Below are positions 28,374 to 37,639 of a stretch of 64,000 nucleotides of DNA, one piece after another. The position numbers and the translations under genes are program-made. Position 1 is the stretch's first letter, and each line of letters begins with the position of its first letter. The notes beneath the pieces were generated by a model. That model was given only the letters and a program-made list of their open reading frames with translations. It was not told the origin of the DNA and did no database searches. This DNA is from Syntrophomonadales bacterium. Lineage in GTDB: Bacteria > Bacillota > Syntrophomonadia > Syntrophomonadales > DTU052. The DNA is taken from NCBI GenBank assembly GCA_050951725.1, contig JBMNJO010000012.1, positions 355,548-419,547 on the forward strand, given 5' to 3'.

Positions 28374-30226
28374 AATACACCGTCCTTCACTTGTTTTCCG
28401 GCATCGGGGGGGCTGCTCTCGGATTTCAGGAGGCAAAGGCAGAATATAAAGGATTGTTGGGGAGCTTTCGCACACTGGCAGGTATCGACTGTGATCCGGA
28501 GGCCTGCCGGGATTTTGAAACCATTACCGGAGCACCCGCGGTTGAGATGGACCTATTCAGCCGCAAAGACTACATAGAATTTCATGGCAAGCAACCTCCC
28601 AGGGAATGGGTGGAAGTTACTCCGCATGAAATAGTTGATGTAACGAACGGGGAGTATCCAGATGTCATATTCTTATCTCCACCTTGCAAGGGGTTTTCTG
28701 GACTGCTGCCAAACAAAAAGGCGAAAAGTGAAAAGTACCAAGCTTTGAACCGCCTTGTGTTGCGAGGACTGAAACTGATCCTTGATGCCTATATGGATGA
28801 CCTGCCATCAGTGATTATGTTGGAGAACGTGCCCAGGATTACGTCCCGGGGTGACTTCCTTCTCCGTCATGTCAAACAGCTGCTGGGCAGACACGGATAC
28901 GTCTTTCACGAGGGCACCCATGACTGTGGGGAGCTGGGCGGCCTTGGTCAGCACCGGAAGCGGTACCTGCTCATTGCTAGGCTTCCAGATAAGATGCCAA
29001 GTTTCATCTACCGACCACCTACTCGCCGGGTAAAATCCATAGGAGAAATTATTGGTCCGCTTGCCTTTCCGGATGATCCGACCATGGGGCCCATGCACAG
29101 ACTTCCCCGGTTGCAGTGGAAAACCTGGGTTCGGCTTGCGATTATACCCGCAGGCGGCGACTGGCGGGATATGGAGAATGTGGGCTCGTACCAAATCGAG
29201 CATGTCAAAAGGGGAAGCGGTTCTTTTGGAGTACAGGAGTGGGACAATCCTGGTCATACCGTCATAGGTAATTCTACTGTAGGAGGAACGTCTCCAGTAT
29301 CAATATCTGATCCACGGCTTACTAATCGTGAGTCCAGGCATCCAGGGGTTTATCAGGTCCTGAATATGGATGAACACGCTCCGTGCGTCACTGGTACTAG
29401 GTTTGGTTCAGGAGCCCCTGCAGTAGCAGACAACAGAGTGCCTTTTAACAACGTCTTTCGGATCACCAAATGGGATGATACCCCAGGAGCAGTGACCAGC
29501 GGAAACGGACAAACCGGAACCATAGTTGGAGATCCCCGACTTAATATCACAAACGGGCACCAAGCACTATACCGGGTGAGCCCATGGCAGGAACCCGCCA
29601 ATACGGTTACAGGTGCCCATGGTCCAAATAATGGTGCTATAACGGTGGCTGATCCGCGGGTTAAGGCTGGGCAATACCCGGGCGGTTACGGTGTCATAGA
29701 CTGGGATGATCCCGCCCCAACAGTCAGATCAGCGGGAAGGGTCGTGAATGCTCCGATTTCAGTTGCTGATCCACGCCTTTCATGTGAACCCCGAAACGGC
29801 ACCATGGGAGTCCAACCATGGAATCAGCCATCAAAGACAATCATCGGATCTGGTGACATCCACGCAGGCGCTGCGGCCGTAGCAGACCCGCGTATTCCAA
29901 AAGATACCGAAGTATTGGACCCACCACCTATCATCATTGCATTGGATGGTACTTGGCATCGGCCTTTGACTACATTGGAGCTTGTAGCTCTGCAAGGTTT
30001 TCCGATCATTCTGGCCAATGGTCAACCCTTACAATTGGCGGGTAATTCGGATGCTAGGTGGCGGGAAAGGATCGGCAACGCGGTCCCACCTCCAACAGCA
30101 CGTGCAATAGGTGAGGAAATCCTATTGGCTCTTATGTCAGCCAAAGATAACCTGTGGATGCTTTCAAGTGCCGGCATTTGGGTTCACAGTGAAACCGTTG
30201 TTGAGAATGCGGAGGTGTTGCAGTGA
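28367..30226 (+). CDS. DNA (cytosine-5)-methyltransferase with six tandem TRD-like repeats
   Basis: Motif I LFSGIGGAALGF, IV PPCKGFS, VI LENVPRI, VIII QHRKRYLLIA, IX LTTLELVALQGFP and X GNAVPPP. Six repeats ending in (A/S/G)D(P/N)R lie between VIII and IX. Confidence 0.9.
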   Translation: MLEYTVLHLFSGIGGAALGFQEAKAEYKGLLGSFRTLAGIDCDPEACRDFETITGAPAVEMDLFSRKDYIEFHGKQPPREWVEVTPHEIVDVTNGEYPDVIFLSPPCKGFSGLLPNKKAKSEKYQALNRLVLRGLKLILDAYMDDLPSVIMLENVPRITSRGDFLLRHVKQLLGRHGYVFHEGTHDCGELGGLGQHRKRYLLIARLPDKMPSFIYRPPTRRVKSIGEIIGPLAFPDDPTMGPMHRLPRLQWKTWVRLAIIPAGGDWRDMENVGSYQIEHVKRGSGSFGVQEWDNPGHTVIGNSTVGGTSPVSISDPRLTNRESRHPGVYQVLNMDEHAPCVTGTRFGSGAPAVADNRVPFNNVFRITKWDDTPGAVTSGNGQTGTIVGDPRLNITNGHQALYRVSPWQEPANTVTGAHGPNNGAITVADPRVKAGQYPGGYGVIDWDDPAPTVRSAGRVVNAPISVADPRLSCEPRNGTMGVQPWNQPSKTIIGSGDIHAGAAAVADPRIPKDTEVLDPPPIIIALDGTWHRPLTTLELVALQGFPIILANGQPLQLAGNSDARWRERIGNAVPPPTARAIGEEILLALMSAKDNLWMLSSAGIWVHSETVVENAEVLQ

Positions 30227-30450
30227 GAGTAAGTCGAATATCAGCAACCCAGCATACTGAGAATTTCCACACCCCCAACTCGAATCGCCGCCGAAAGTGC
30301 GGTTCATGCGGACATTGGTATGGTTGCAAAAGTGACGAAACGGCCATTTGCGGGATATCAAAGCAGTGTAAGCCTCGTAATCGGGAGGCTTGCAGAATGT
30401 ACATTACAAAAGCGGAAATGGCGAAAAGAGCGAAAAGGAGGCTGGTTTGA
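30223..30450 (+). CDS. small Cys-rich basic protein
   Basis: 75 aa containing CGSCGHWYGC...C...C...C. Tightly coupled to its neighbours. Confidence 0.35.
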   Translation: MRVSRISATQHTENFHTPNSNRRRKCGSCGHWYGCKSDETAICGISKQCKPRNREACRMYITKAEMAKRAKRRLV

Positions 30451-31370
30451 TGCCTACAAAGATAGAGTGGTGCGACGAAACGTGGAACCCCATACGTACT
30501 GCGGACAGCGGGTACCACTGTACGAAGCTATCCGAAGGGTGCCAGAACTGCTATGCAGAACGCATGAATAAACGCTTTGGCAACCTCAAGCCTTTTGACA
30601 ATGCACCTGCTGAATTTGTACTAAACCAGAAGCAATTGCACAAACCTCTGCACTGGAAGAAACCGCGCCGGGTATTTGTCCAGAGTATGGGGGATTTGTT
30701 TCATGAGGATGTACCATTTATGGTAATCGCCAAAGTTTTTAGGATTATGCACACTTCCAAACATCATACTTTCATGGTTCTTACAAAGCGGCCAAAGCGC
30801 ATGAAAGAGTTTATTGAGTGGTTCATTGGTCCTGAATGGCGTGGTGCATGGCCGCAGGAATACCCCCATGTTTGGCTTGGCGTGACCTGCGAGAACCAGA
30901 CTAGGGCGGATGAAAGAATTCCGGTCCTGCTACAGATACCAGCCGCGAAACGCTTCGTTTCGGTGGAACCGATGCTGGGGACGGTAGATTTAATTCAAGC
31001 CATCGATGTCGCAATTGAGATCAATGGAGAAATTGAAGTGCCGACAGTCGATGGCATTGGGCAATGGCTGAAGTGGGTTATCTGCGGTGGCGAGACAGGC
31101 CCCGGTGCCCGGCCCATGCATCCTGATTGGGTACGGTCGATCAGGGATCAGTGTCGGGATGCAGGGACACCATTCTTCTTCAAGCAATGGGGTGATTGGG
31201 CACCAATACCAACAAAAGATGTCCCCGTCATTGGGTGTGCAGACGGCGGACGATTCCATGACGGACCTAATCCCTCTAGAGGTTTAGCAATGTACCGTGT
31301 AGGCAAAAAAGCCGCTGGGTACCTGATCGACGGCCAGGAGTGGCGGCAGTTTCCGGAGGTGGAGATATGA
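30450..31370 (+). CDS. phage Gp37/Gp68 family (DUF5131) protein
   Basis: MPTKIEWCDETWNP and the three-Cys motif CTKLSEGCQNCYAE are characteristic. ATG 30450 is preferred over 30390. Confidence 0.8.
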   Translation: MPTKIEWCDETWNPIRTADSGYHCTKLSEGCQNCYAERMNKRFGNLKPFDNAPAEFVLNQKQLHKPLHWKKPRRVFVQSMGDLFHEDVPFMVIAKVFRIMHTSKHHTFMVLTKRPKRMKEFIEWFIGPEWRGAWPQEYPHVWLGVTCENQTRADERIPVLLQIPAAKRFVSVEPMLGTVDLIQAIDVAIEINGEIEVPTVDGIGQWLKWVICGGETGPGARPMHPDWVRSIRDQCRDAGTPFFFKQWGDWAPIPTKDVPVIGCADGGRFHDGPNPSRGLAMYRVGKKAAGYLIDGQEWRQFPEVEI

Positions 31371-31588
31371 AGCCAGCGACTCAACGTTATTGGTACAGCC
31401 AGGAATCAGGGAAAGTAATCAGTCTGGCCGAATATCGCGAGGCCAAGCAGGTAGTCGAGGAGCATCAGTCCTTGGTTCTGAATTTCTTTGACAACGTGAG
31501 CAGGCTTATGAGATCGTTATTCCTTGTTATCTTTGCAGGCAGTGTCAGTTACATTTTAGCCCAATTATTAAGGTGGTACCTGATATGA
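31367..31588 (+). CDS. small membrane protein
   Basis: 73 aa from ATG 31367, with C-terminal TM LFLVIFAGSVSYILAQLL. Confidence 0.35.
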   Translation: MKPATQRYWYSQESGKVISLAEYREAKQVVEEHQSLVLNFFDNVSRLMRSLFLVIFAGSVSYILAQLLRWYLI

Positions 31589-32301
31589 ATTGGAAACATG
31601 ACAAATTAGCTGAGGATCTTGCTGCTCATTTAAGCACACCATGGTTGCAGGTTCCCTTGGGTAGTGTATGGCTAGAAAGGCCACAGTTGGCTGATGTTAT
31701 TACAATCCAACCGTCCTACACCAGGTTTTGCTTGCACATTTACGAGGTGAAAGTCTCCCGGGCTGACTTCTTAGGCGACCTCAGGCGGGATAAATGGCGT
31801 GGTTACTTAAACCACTGCCATCGGCTAACGTTTGCTGTCCCAGCCGGAATGATAAAGAAAGAAGAGGTTCCCCGGGAGGCTGGCTTAATTGTTCGTGGTC
31901 CTAAAGGGTGGCAGGTTCAGAAAGCAGCCCCCAAAATGGACATCGAAATCCCGGACAACACACTATTATCAATGCTATTCATTAAAGGGCGTACAACAGT
32001 CAGACAAAGGAATCTGGATGCGGCCCTTGGTTATTCCGCTTCATATGGTGATTGGGATGGCAAAAAACGTCAAGCACGACATTTAGGAAAGCGCATTGCA
32101 AAAGCCCTTCGCGTCCATCAGGAATTAGAAGAAACTAAAATGCGCTATGAATCGGCAAATAAGTATTTCGCAAGCCTGGTACGCGAAGCGCTTGAATTGG
32201 AACCAGACGAATCTTATTGGCCGCTATGGAAAGTTGGGGATCTAGTCCGGGAAATACAGCGAAAGGCTATGGAAAGGGGTGATCCTATCGAACATCATTG
32301 A
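31585..32301 (+). CDS. MmcB-like PD-(D/E)xK family protein
   Basis: NWKHDKLAEDLAAHL and YEVKVSRADFLGDLRRDKWRGYLNHCHRLTFAVP match the MmcB-type nuclease-fold pattern. Confidence 0.6.
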   Translation: MNWKHDKLAEDLAAHLSTPWLQVPLGSVWLERPQLADVITIQPSYTRFCLHIYEVKVSRADFLGDLRRDKWRGYLNHCHRLTFAVPAGMIKKEEVPREAGLIVRGPKGWQVQKAAPKMDIEIPDNTLLSMLFIKGRTTVRQRNLDAALGYSASYGDWDGKKRQARHLGKRIAKALRVHQELEETKMRYESANKYFASLVREALELEPDESYWPLWKVGDLVREIQRKAMERGDPIEHH

Positions 32302-32366
32302 TGCTACCTGGGTGACTTTCACACGCGCCTTGAATTCATAGCAGTTGTAACAGAGGAGGGAACAGC

Positions 32367-33086
32367 TTGAAGAACATATTCCACGAGTTGAAAGCGTTCA
32401 GGGATTGGACAATTATAAACCGTCCAACATCAGGCGAAATTGCTTTATGGTATGTGTTACTCACCATAAACAATATGGTCGGATGGAGTGACCAGTTTAC
32501 TGCGTCGAATCCAACGCTGCAACTTTTGACTGGATTGTCCAAATCAAGCTTCGATCGCGCAAGAAATAAATTGGTGCAAAGGGGGCTTATAGAATACCAA
32601 CCAGGTACAACTCGCCAATCCGGTACCTATAGATTAGTTTCAATATGGAACCAATCATGGGAACAACCACGAAACCAATCGCGGGAACAATGCGGGTCTA
32701 ATGTGAGACTAATCCGGGACCAATCCGGGTCTAATAGTGGGAACATTAATAAACATATATATAACATAACAAAACAGAGTGTGTATCCCCCTGACCCCCC
32801 AGCGGGGGAAGACACACAAAAGATTCAGTACGCTAATTGTGTTTCCATGACCGAGAAAGAACATCAGGAATTGGTTGACCTCTTTGGCGAGGAAAAAACA
32901 CAGGAATGGATTAACAGGCTCAACCTATGGAAATCCAGCAAGGGTCGGAAAACGCACTCTGACTATTACACGATCTTAGACTGGCATAACCGGGAAAAAG
33001 ACAAACAAAAGGAGCGCGCTATTACTTCTGGATCTAAGACAAGTCTGGATGATCGTGAAATATACATACCTCCAAACGTGACATGA
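32367..33086 (+). CDS. phage replication protein, DnaD/replisome-organizer-like N-terminal wHTH
   Basis: IALWYVLLTINNMVGWSDQFTASNPTLQLLTGLSKSSFDRARNKLVQRGLIEY is typical of phage replisome organizers. The gene contains repeat DNA (next feature). Confidence 0.55.
   Translation: MKNIFHELKAFRDWTIINRPTSGEIALWYVLLTINNMVGWSDQFTASNPTLQLLTGLSKSSFDRARNKLVQRGLIEYQPGTTRQSGTYRLVSIWNQSWEQPRNQSREQCGSNVRLIRDQSGSNSGNINKHIYNITKQSVYPPDPPAGEDTQKIQYANCVSMTEKEHQELVDLFGEEKTQEWINRLNLWKSSKGRKTHSDYYTILDWHNREKDKQKERAITSGSKTSLDDREIYIPPNVT
32648..32778. repeat. candidate replication origin: iterons plus AT-rich tract inside the replication gene
   Basis: GAACCAATCATGGGAACAA / GAAACCAATCGCGGGAACAA, two CGGGTCTAAT and two AATCCGGG copies, then ATTAATAAACATATATATAACATAACAAAACA. 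Confidence 0.4.
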
Positions 33087-33180
33087 AAGGGGTGATTAAG
33101 TTGAATAAATCCAGCGATTTGGACAAGGGAAAGCGTTTATGGGAGGTTTTGAATAACCACTATGACGGAATTGAAAGTAA

Positions 33181-35084
33181 GATTCCACTGCAAAAACAGG
33201 TTGTTTAACCCCTATGGGGGTTTTCAATAGTAAAAATTGTCTTGAGCAGATAGCTCAAAAAGTTCTTTTTCAACTGAAGATCGCTAATTTAGACCTCCAT
33301 TACTATGGTTTTGTGTTCGTTAACCTAAATTTGGGCATAATATCCCTGCTTTTGGCCTTTTCGGCTTCCTTAGCTTGCCCAGAGCCATCCGGGAAAACTG
33401 CTTAATATTTCGGGCTATAATTTTGTAAGCAGTGACCAAGTAAGTTTTTAGCACGCCACGTGTGTAAAGGTTATTCAGATCTTCCCCTCTTTTTAGAGCG
33501 GAGTTGGTTGCTTCGATTCCAGCACGATAACTGGTGTTTTCACGTCTGACCGCAATATTGTGTATTTGATCTCTAACCCGGTCAGCCTGGATGGTTTTTA
33601 AACTAACCCGTAATATCCGGTCTTTCTTCTGGGTCTTTACTGGACATATATCAAAATTCGGGCATCCTTGGCAATCCTCGTGTTTGAAGTGGCAACTGCT
33701 AGTCTTGGAACCGGGATTGAAATCGCTTCTAAATGGGATCTTGCCCTGGGGACAACTGATTATTTTCATATCATCATCAAACTTAAAACTGGTTGTGGAA
33801 AGTTTATCTGATGGAGCCTTACGTCCGGTCATATCTGTATAGTGTAGGTTAACCTCTAGCTCATCTGCCATTTCTATGACCTCTTGGCCGTAGTAACCTC
33901 CATCTAAGTAGATGTCCTTTACATCCGTCCTTTGTTTGATGATGGGTATGCGCTCCTTAGCCATCTCTACATCGCTGATGTTATTGGGTTGTACTGAAAA
34001 GTCGGTAATCACCTGAATCGGGTTTTCTTTGCTACTGGTTTCGCTCACGTTTAAAACGTAGCCGCTATGGTTCTTACCCGCTTTGTTACGGAAGGTAGCG
34101 TCACTATCATAAGCTGATTGCAGGGAACCGCTTTCAATTTCACTACTGGGCTTGGCGAGCCATATTCCCTTAGATTCATCGAAGGCAGCCTGTTCGCCTA
34201 GAAAACGCTTAAGCAGAACCATTTCTCGTTTTGAAGCAAGGTTACGATCCTTATTTGCCAAGTTATCTACCTCTTGCATGAGGTTAAGGACTTTCTGGAA
34301 CCTGCTTTCCAGTTCCTGATTTCTAGTTCTGTATAGTAAATCAGTTCTGAAGCTATCTCTTAACACTTGTTTGAGATTATCGGAAAGCATGTTAGAAGCA
34401 ATGCCTCTTACCGCTTGAACCAATACATCCAGGGCTAACGAGAGTCTACCGGCTTTCTTGATATTGGGAGAAATCAAGGTAGAATCCATACGCTGGTCAT
34501 CGGTTTTTATCCCGGCTTGTTCGATAAAATTCTTGGTTAGGATTTCAAACTGTTGGAAAATCACTTCATCTTGCTCGGGATACTCTAATATGTGCCTATA
34601 AACTCTTTCTCTGAATTCGTAAAGGGTACGTTCAGCCAGGTAAACCTCACCCAGGTTTCTTATACCTAGGGCATAATTGACCTGGAAGTTAAAGTAGAAC
34701 TGCTCGATTAATTCTTGATCAGTATAACCAAACATGTTTTTGATAATCTCTAATGACATCAGTATATTAACTGGAACATTGGGTCTGCCGGTATCAAGAC
34801 AATACATGGGGGCAAACAGATCTTCGTTGATTTTACAAAAAACATGTTCATAGAAAACTGGTGCCCAGGTTTTGTTTAGTAGTTTGGCTACACTTGGTCT
34901 CATGGACTGGTAATGGCTAAAAAGTTCATCTTGATAGTGACTATCGTTTTTACGGAACATACTGCAAAACCACCCTAAAGTTAGTTTATCTTTTATTTGC
35001 TTTAAATATCTAACTATTACTTCAATATTCACAGTGGTTTATCCTGCTGTTTTACAATATTTTTGGGGTTTTTGCAGTGGAATC
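33181..35084 (-). mobile_element. IS element (IS5/IS1182 superfamily-like) with 17-bp terminal IRs and a 6-bp TSD
   Basis: GATTCCACTGCAAAAAC at 33181-33197 equals the reverse complement of 35068-35084. AAGTAA flanks both ends (33175-33180 and 35085-35090). Confidence 0.8.
33320..35032 (-). CDS. DDE transposase (DUF772-type N-terminus, Cys-rich C-terminal region)
   Basis: 570 aa. GRPNVPVNILMSLEIIKNMFGYTDQELIEQ is DUF772-like, and the C-terminus carries CPQGK...C..C..C. Confidence 0.8.
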   Translation of the reverse strand: MNIEVIVRYLKQIKDKLTLGWFCSMFRKNDSHYQDELFSHYQSMRPSVAKLLNKTWAPVFYEHVFCKINEDLFAPMYCLDTGRPNVPVNILMSLEIIKNMFGYTDQELIEQFYFNFQVNYALGIRNLGEVYLAERTLYEFRERVYRHILEYPEQDEVIFQQFEILTKNFIEQAGIKTDDQRMDSTLISPNIKKAGRLSLALDVLVQAVRGIASNMLSDNLKQVLRDSFRTDLLYRTRNQELESRFQKVLNLMQEVDNLANKDRNLASKREMVLLKRFLGEQAAFDESKGIWLAKPSSEIESGSLQSAYDSDATFRNKAGKNHSGYVLNVSETSSKENPIQVITDFSVQPNNISDVEMAKERIPIIKQRTDVKDIYLDGGYYGQEVIEMADELEVNLHYTDMTGRKAPSDKLSTTSFKFDDDMKIISCPQGKIPFRSDFNPGSKTSSCHFKHEDCQGCPNFDICPVKTQKKDRILRVSLKTIQADRVRDQIHNIAVRRENTSYRAGIEATNSALKRGEDLNNLYTRGVLKTYLVTAYKIIARNIKQFSRMALGKLRKPKRPKAGILCPNLG

Positions 35085-35360
35085 AAGTAAAGTTTACTTT
35101 TTTCATCAAATCACTGAGAATCCATTGGATTACGTTAAGATGCTAGTTCAAGGGTTGCATACGGACTTACTTCTGCTGAAAAAGGATGGGCTAGATATAT
35201 GGCCTGAATCCATCCGGAGCGCAAGCATGGCGGCCCGGATTCTGGAGGTTATAACGGGGGAGGACACGCCACCGAGGTACCAAGGCACTAAGTGGCGCAG
35301 TTGGGATTGAACTGACGAAGCCTTATAAAGCTTTTATCTACCATGGGAGGTGATATAACC

Positions 35361-35657
35361 GTGAGGCAGATTATGTCTATCCGTCGGGGGGACCAAGGGG
35401 AAATAAATCTTGATAAAGCCGAAGAATCCCTAAAAGATTACCGTTTTCTGAAAACTCCTATTCGCAACGAAATAGACGAATTTTTCACGCGACTCCCCGA
35501 GCCTTATAGTTCCTTCGCCCGATTTCGCTATCAACATTCTGAAACCATGGAAGAGGTTGCAGATAAACTGGGATATAGCACCCGCACATGCTATAACTTC
35601 CGGCTGAAAGTACTGAAGTGGTGGGTGTTGTTCCTGACCGGGAAAAAGTGCAGCTAA
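35361..35657 (+). CDS. phage transcriptional regulator, sigma-70 region-4-like HTH (ArpU/RinA-type position)
   Basis: ETMEEVADKLGYSTRTCYNFRLKVLKWW looks like a region-4 HTH. GTG 35361 follows GGAGGTGA. Confidence 0.45.
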   Translation: MRQIMSIRRGDQGEINLDKAEESLKDYRFLKTPIRNEIDEFFTRLPEPYSSFARFRYQHSETMEEVADKLGYSTRTCYNFRLKVLKWWVLFLTGKKCS

Positions 35658-35680
35658 GCGTTAACGAGGGGAGGGATAAC

Positions 35681-36730
35681 GTGACTGCAACCGTCAAACA
35701 CGTACCACAGGAACAAATAGAACGATTCCGAGAATTACAGAATCTGCCGTACAAAATCAAAGTTCAGTATGCTTTGGGCAAAGCTCAAGAGTTTTACGAA
35801 ACGATGGAAGGTAAAGTATTCTGCAGTGTTGGTGGTCTTGATAGCATTACACTACTTTTGTTTTTACGGATGTACATTGATCCTGATATTCCGGGTGTTT
35901 CCGTGTCGGTATTAGAGGACAAAACCGTTCGGGGTGTACACAAACAGTTAGATAACATGGTCTTCTTAAAACCCTATAAATCAAAGGTTAAGGTCATCCA
36001 GGAACATGGGTACCCGGTAATTTCGAAGGAAAAGGCCGGGAAGATACAGTTACTCCAGAACCCGACCGTTAAAAATGAAACTGTGCGCCACGCAATCATG
36101 ACCGGTGAAACTGGAGCTTACGGCGGCTATAGAAAAGGGACCAGGATGAAGTTACCGCAGAAGTGGCTTGAACTATTTGGCGGACCGGAAAACGAGAAGT
36201 ATGGAACCAACTACAAGACCGCACCATTCAAGGTTAGTCCCGATTGCTGTTATTACATGAAGGAAAAGCCGGCTGACGACTGGGCGAAGCAACACGGCCT
36301 GTACCCCTATATGGGCCTTATGGCAAGCGAAGGCGGTCAGCGGGAGAAGGCCCTAATTAAGAACGGTTGTAACTACTACGGAAAGACCGTAACCCGGTCC
36401 TGCCCCTTTGCGATCTTTCAACGGCAGGATATATTGCAACTGGCCCTTGATCTTGAAGTCCCAGTACCTGCGATATACGGCGAAATAGTCCGAGATCCGG
36501 ACGGCAAACTGCGGACAACAAAGGCGCAGCGCACGGGCTGTACAATGTGCGGGTTTGGAATTCACATCGAGCCAAGGCCCCACCGTTTCGACCGACTCAG
36601 GGAAACGAATTACAAGGAATGGCGGTTCTGGATGTACGACATGGGGTGGGGCAAGGTTTTGAACTATATCGGTGTCAAATGGGAGGATGAATATGTTGCG
36701 CCACCCCAACAGATTGCCCTGTTCGGGTAG
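35681..36730 (+). CDS. PAPS reductase-family (PP-loop ATP pyrophosphatase) protein
   Basis: PP-loop-like FCSVGGLDSITLL and a C-terminal CTMCGF cysteine pair. GTG 35681 follows GAGGGGAGGG. Confidence 0.65.
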   Translation: MTATVKHVPQEQIERFRELQNLPYKIKVQYALGKAQEFYETMEGKVFCSVGGLDSITLLLFLRMYIDPDIPGVSVSVLEDKTVRGVHKQLDNMVFLKPYKSKVKVIQEHGYPVISKEKAGKIQLLQNPTVKNETVRHAIMTGETGAYGGYRKGTRMKLPQKWLELFGGPENEKYGTNYKTAPFKVSPDCCYYMKEKPADDWAKQHGLYPYMGLMASEGGQREKALIKNGCNYYGKTVTRSCPFAIFQRQDILQLALDLEVPVPAIYGEIVRDPDGKLRTTKAQRTGCTMCGFGIHIEPRPHRFDRLRETNYKEWRFWMYDMGWGKVLNYIGVKWEDEYVAPPQQIALFG

Positions 36731-36767
36731 CCGCACATTCTGTTAAAGATGCGAAGGAGTGAGAAAT

Positions 36768-37352
36768 ATGACAGCTATGGCGATAAGTACGCCGATGCTA
36801 AACAAAATGAAACATGCTATTGGTTATGAACCAAACCGGGTTAGGCGCGGGAAATATCTTTATTACAGGAATTACTATGGAGCAGCCCCAAGGGATATTG
36901 GCGAATGGGAATTCCTCGTTAGCAAAGGATTTGCTTTTAGGGACGGGGATTCAAAAATATTTTCCTTAACCGAGCGAGGGCTTGATTACTTGGAAGATGT
37001 GCTTAGGATTACGATTGAGAATAGGGATGTAACGGAATACGATGTCTTAGATGTACTTATTAGTAACGAGTTAGATGCTTCCAATTTCGAGTCAATAGTA
37101 AATGTGGTTTTCGTAGCAGAGGCATTGAGAATAAGCAGACATAAAGCTAAGAAGCTCATAGGCTCATTGCGAAAGGAAGGGTTAGTGGAATTGCATTGCG
37201 TTAGCTTTTGCGATGCCCATGATGACCATGTAAGCCCTCCATATTGGGGATATATGATCACAGAAAAAGTTAAAGAAACAGAGCAGTACAAGACACGAGC
37301 CGAGGAGCACAATAAGTTCTGTGACATAAGAGAGGAGAATTTAAATGCCTGA
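36768..37352 (+). CDS. hypothetical protein
   Basis: ATG 36768 is preceded by GAAGGAG. 194 aa, no motif recognised. Confidence 0.4.
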   Translation: MTAMAISTPMLNKMKHAIGYEPNRVRRGKYLYYRNYYGAAPRDIGEWEFLVSKGFAFRDGDSKIFSLTERGLDYLEDVLRITIENRDVTEYDVLDVLISNELDASNFESIVNVVFVAEALRISRHKAKKLIGSLRKEGLVELHCVSFCDAHDDHVSPPYWGYMITEKVKETEQYKTRAEEHNKFCDIREENLNA

Positions 37353-37596
37353 GAAGGTAATTGGTGATATTGAACTGTTAACGCCAAAACAACTTGAAAA
37401 AGACCTGGTGGAGGATTTTATGCAGATGACAGTTGAAGCCAGGAATCATCTTGCAGACCGAGTTACCAGCCTTGAATCCCAACTCCAAAAGACACAACTA
37501 GCATTAAAAGTAATTTATGAATTATTAGAAGAACAGCAACCACCGTGGTACTTGAGCAAACACTCCCAACTTATAAGGGAAACATTACAGTTGTAG
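37345..37596 (+). CDS. hypothetical coiled-coil protein
   Basis: 83 aa. The start overlaps the previous stop. Confidence 0.4.
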   Translation: MPEKVIGDIELLTPKQLEKDLVEDFMQMTVEARNHLADRVTSLESQLQKTQLALKVIYELLEEQQPPWYLSKHSQLIRETLQL

Positions 37597-37639
37597 TTGA
37601 AACCCACGAAAGGGCGCGATTAGGAGAAAGGGGAAAACG

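Larger units (their letters stand above)
33101..35310 (+). pseudogene. small phage gene split by IS insertion
   Basis: TTG 33101 follows AAAGGGGTGA. Joining 33101-33180 to 35091-35310 restores an in-frame ORF of about 100 aa (..DGIESKVYFFHQITE..). Confidence 0.5.

Noticed and set aside
33214-33405. 63-aa ORF at the edge of the second IS.
   Set aside because: It lies inside the IS, between the terminal IR and the transposase stop, antisense to the transposase 3' end, and has no RBS.
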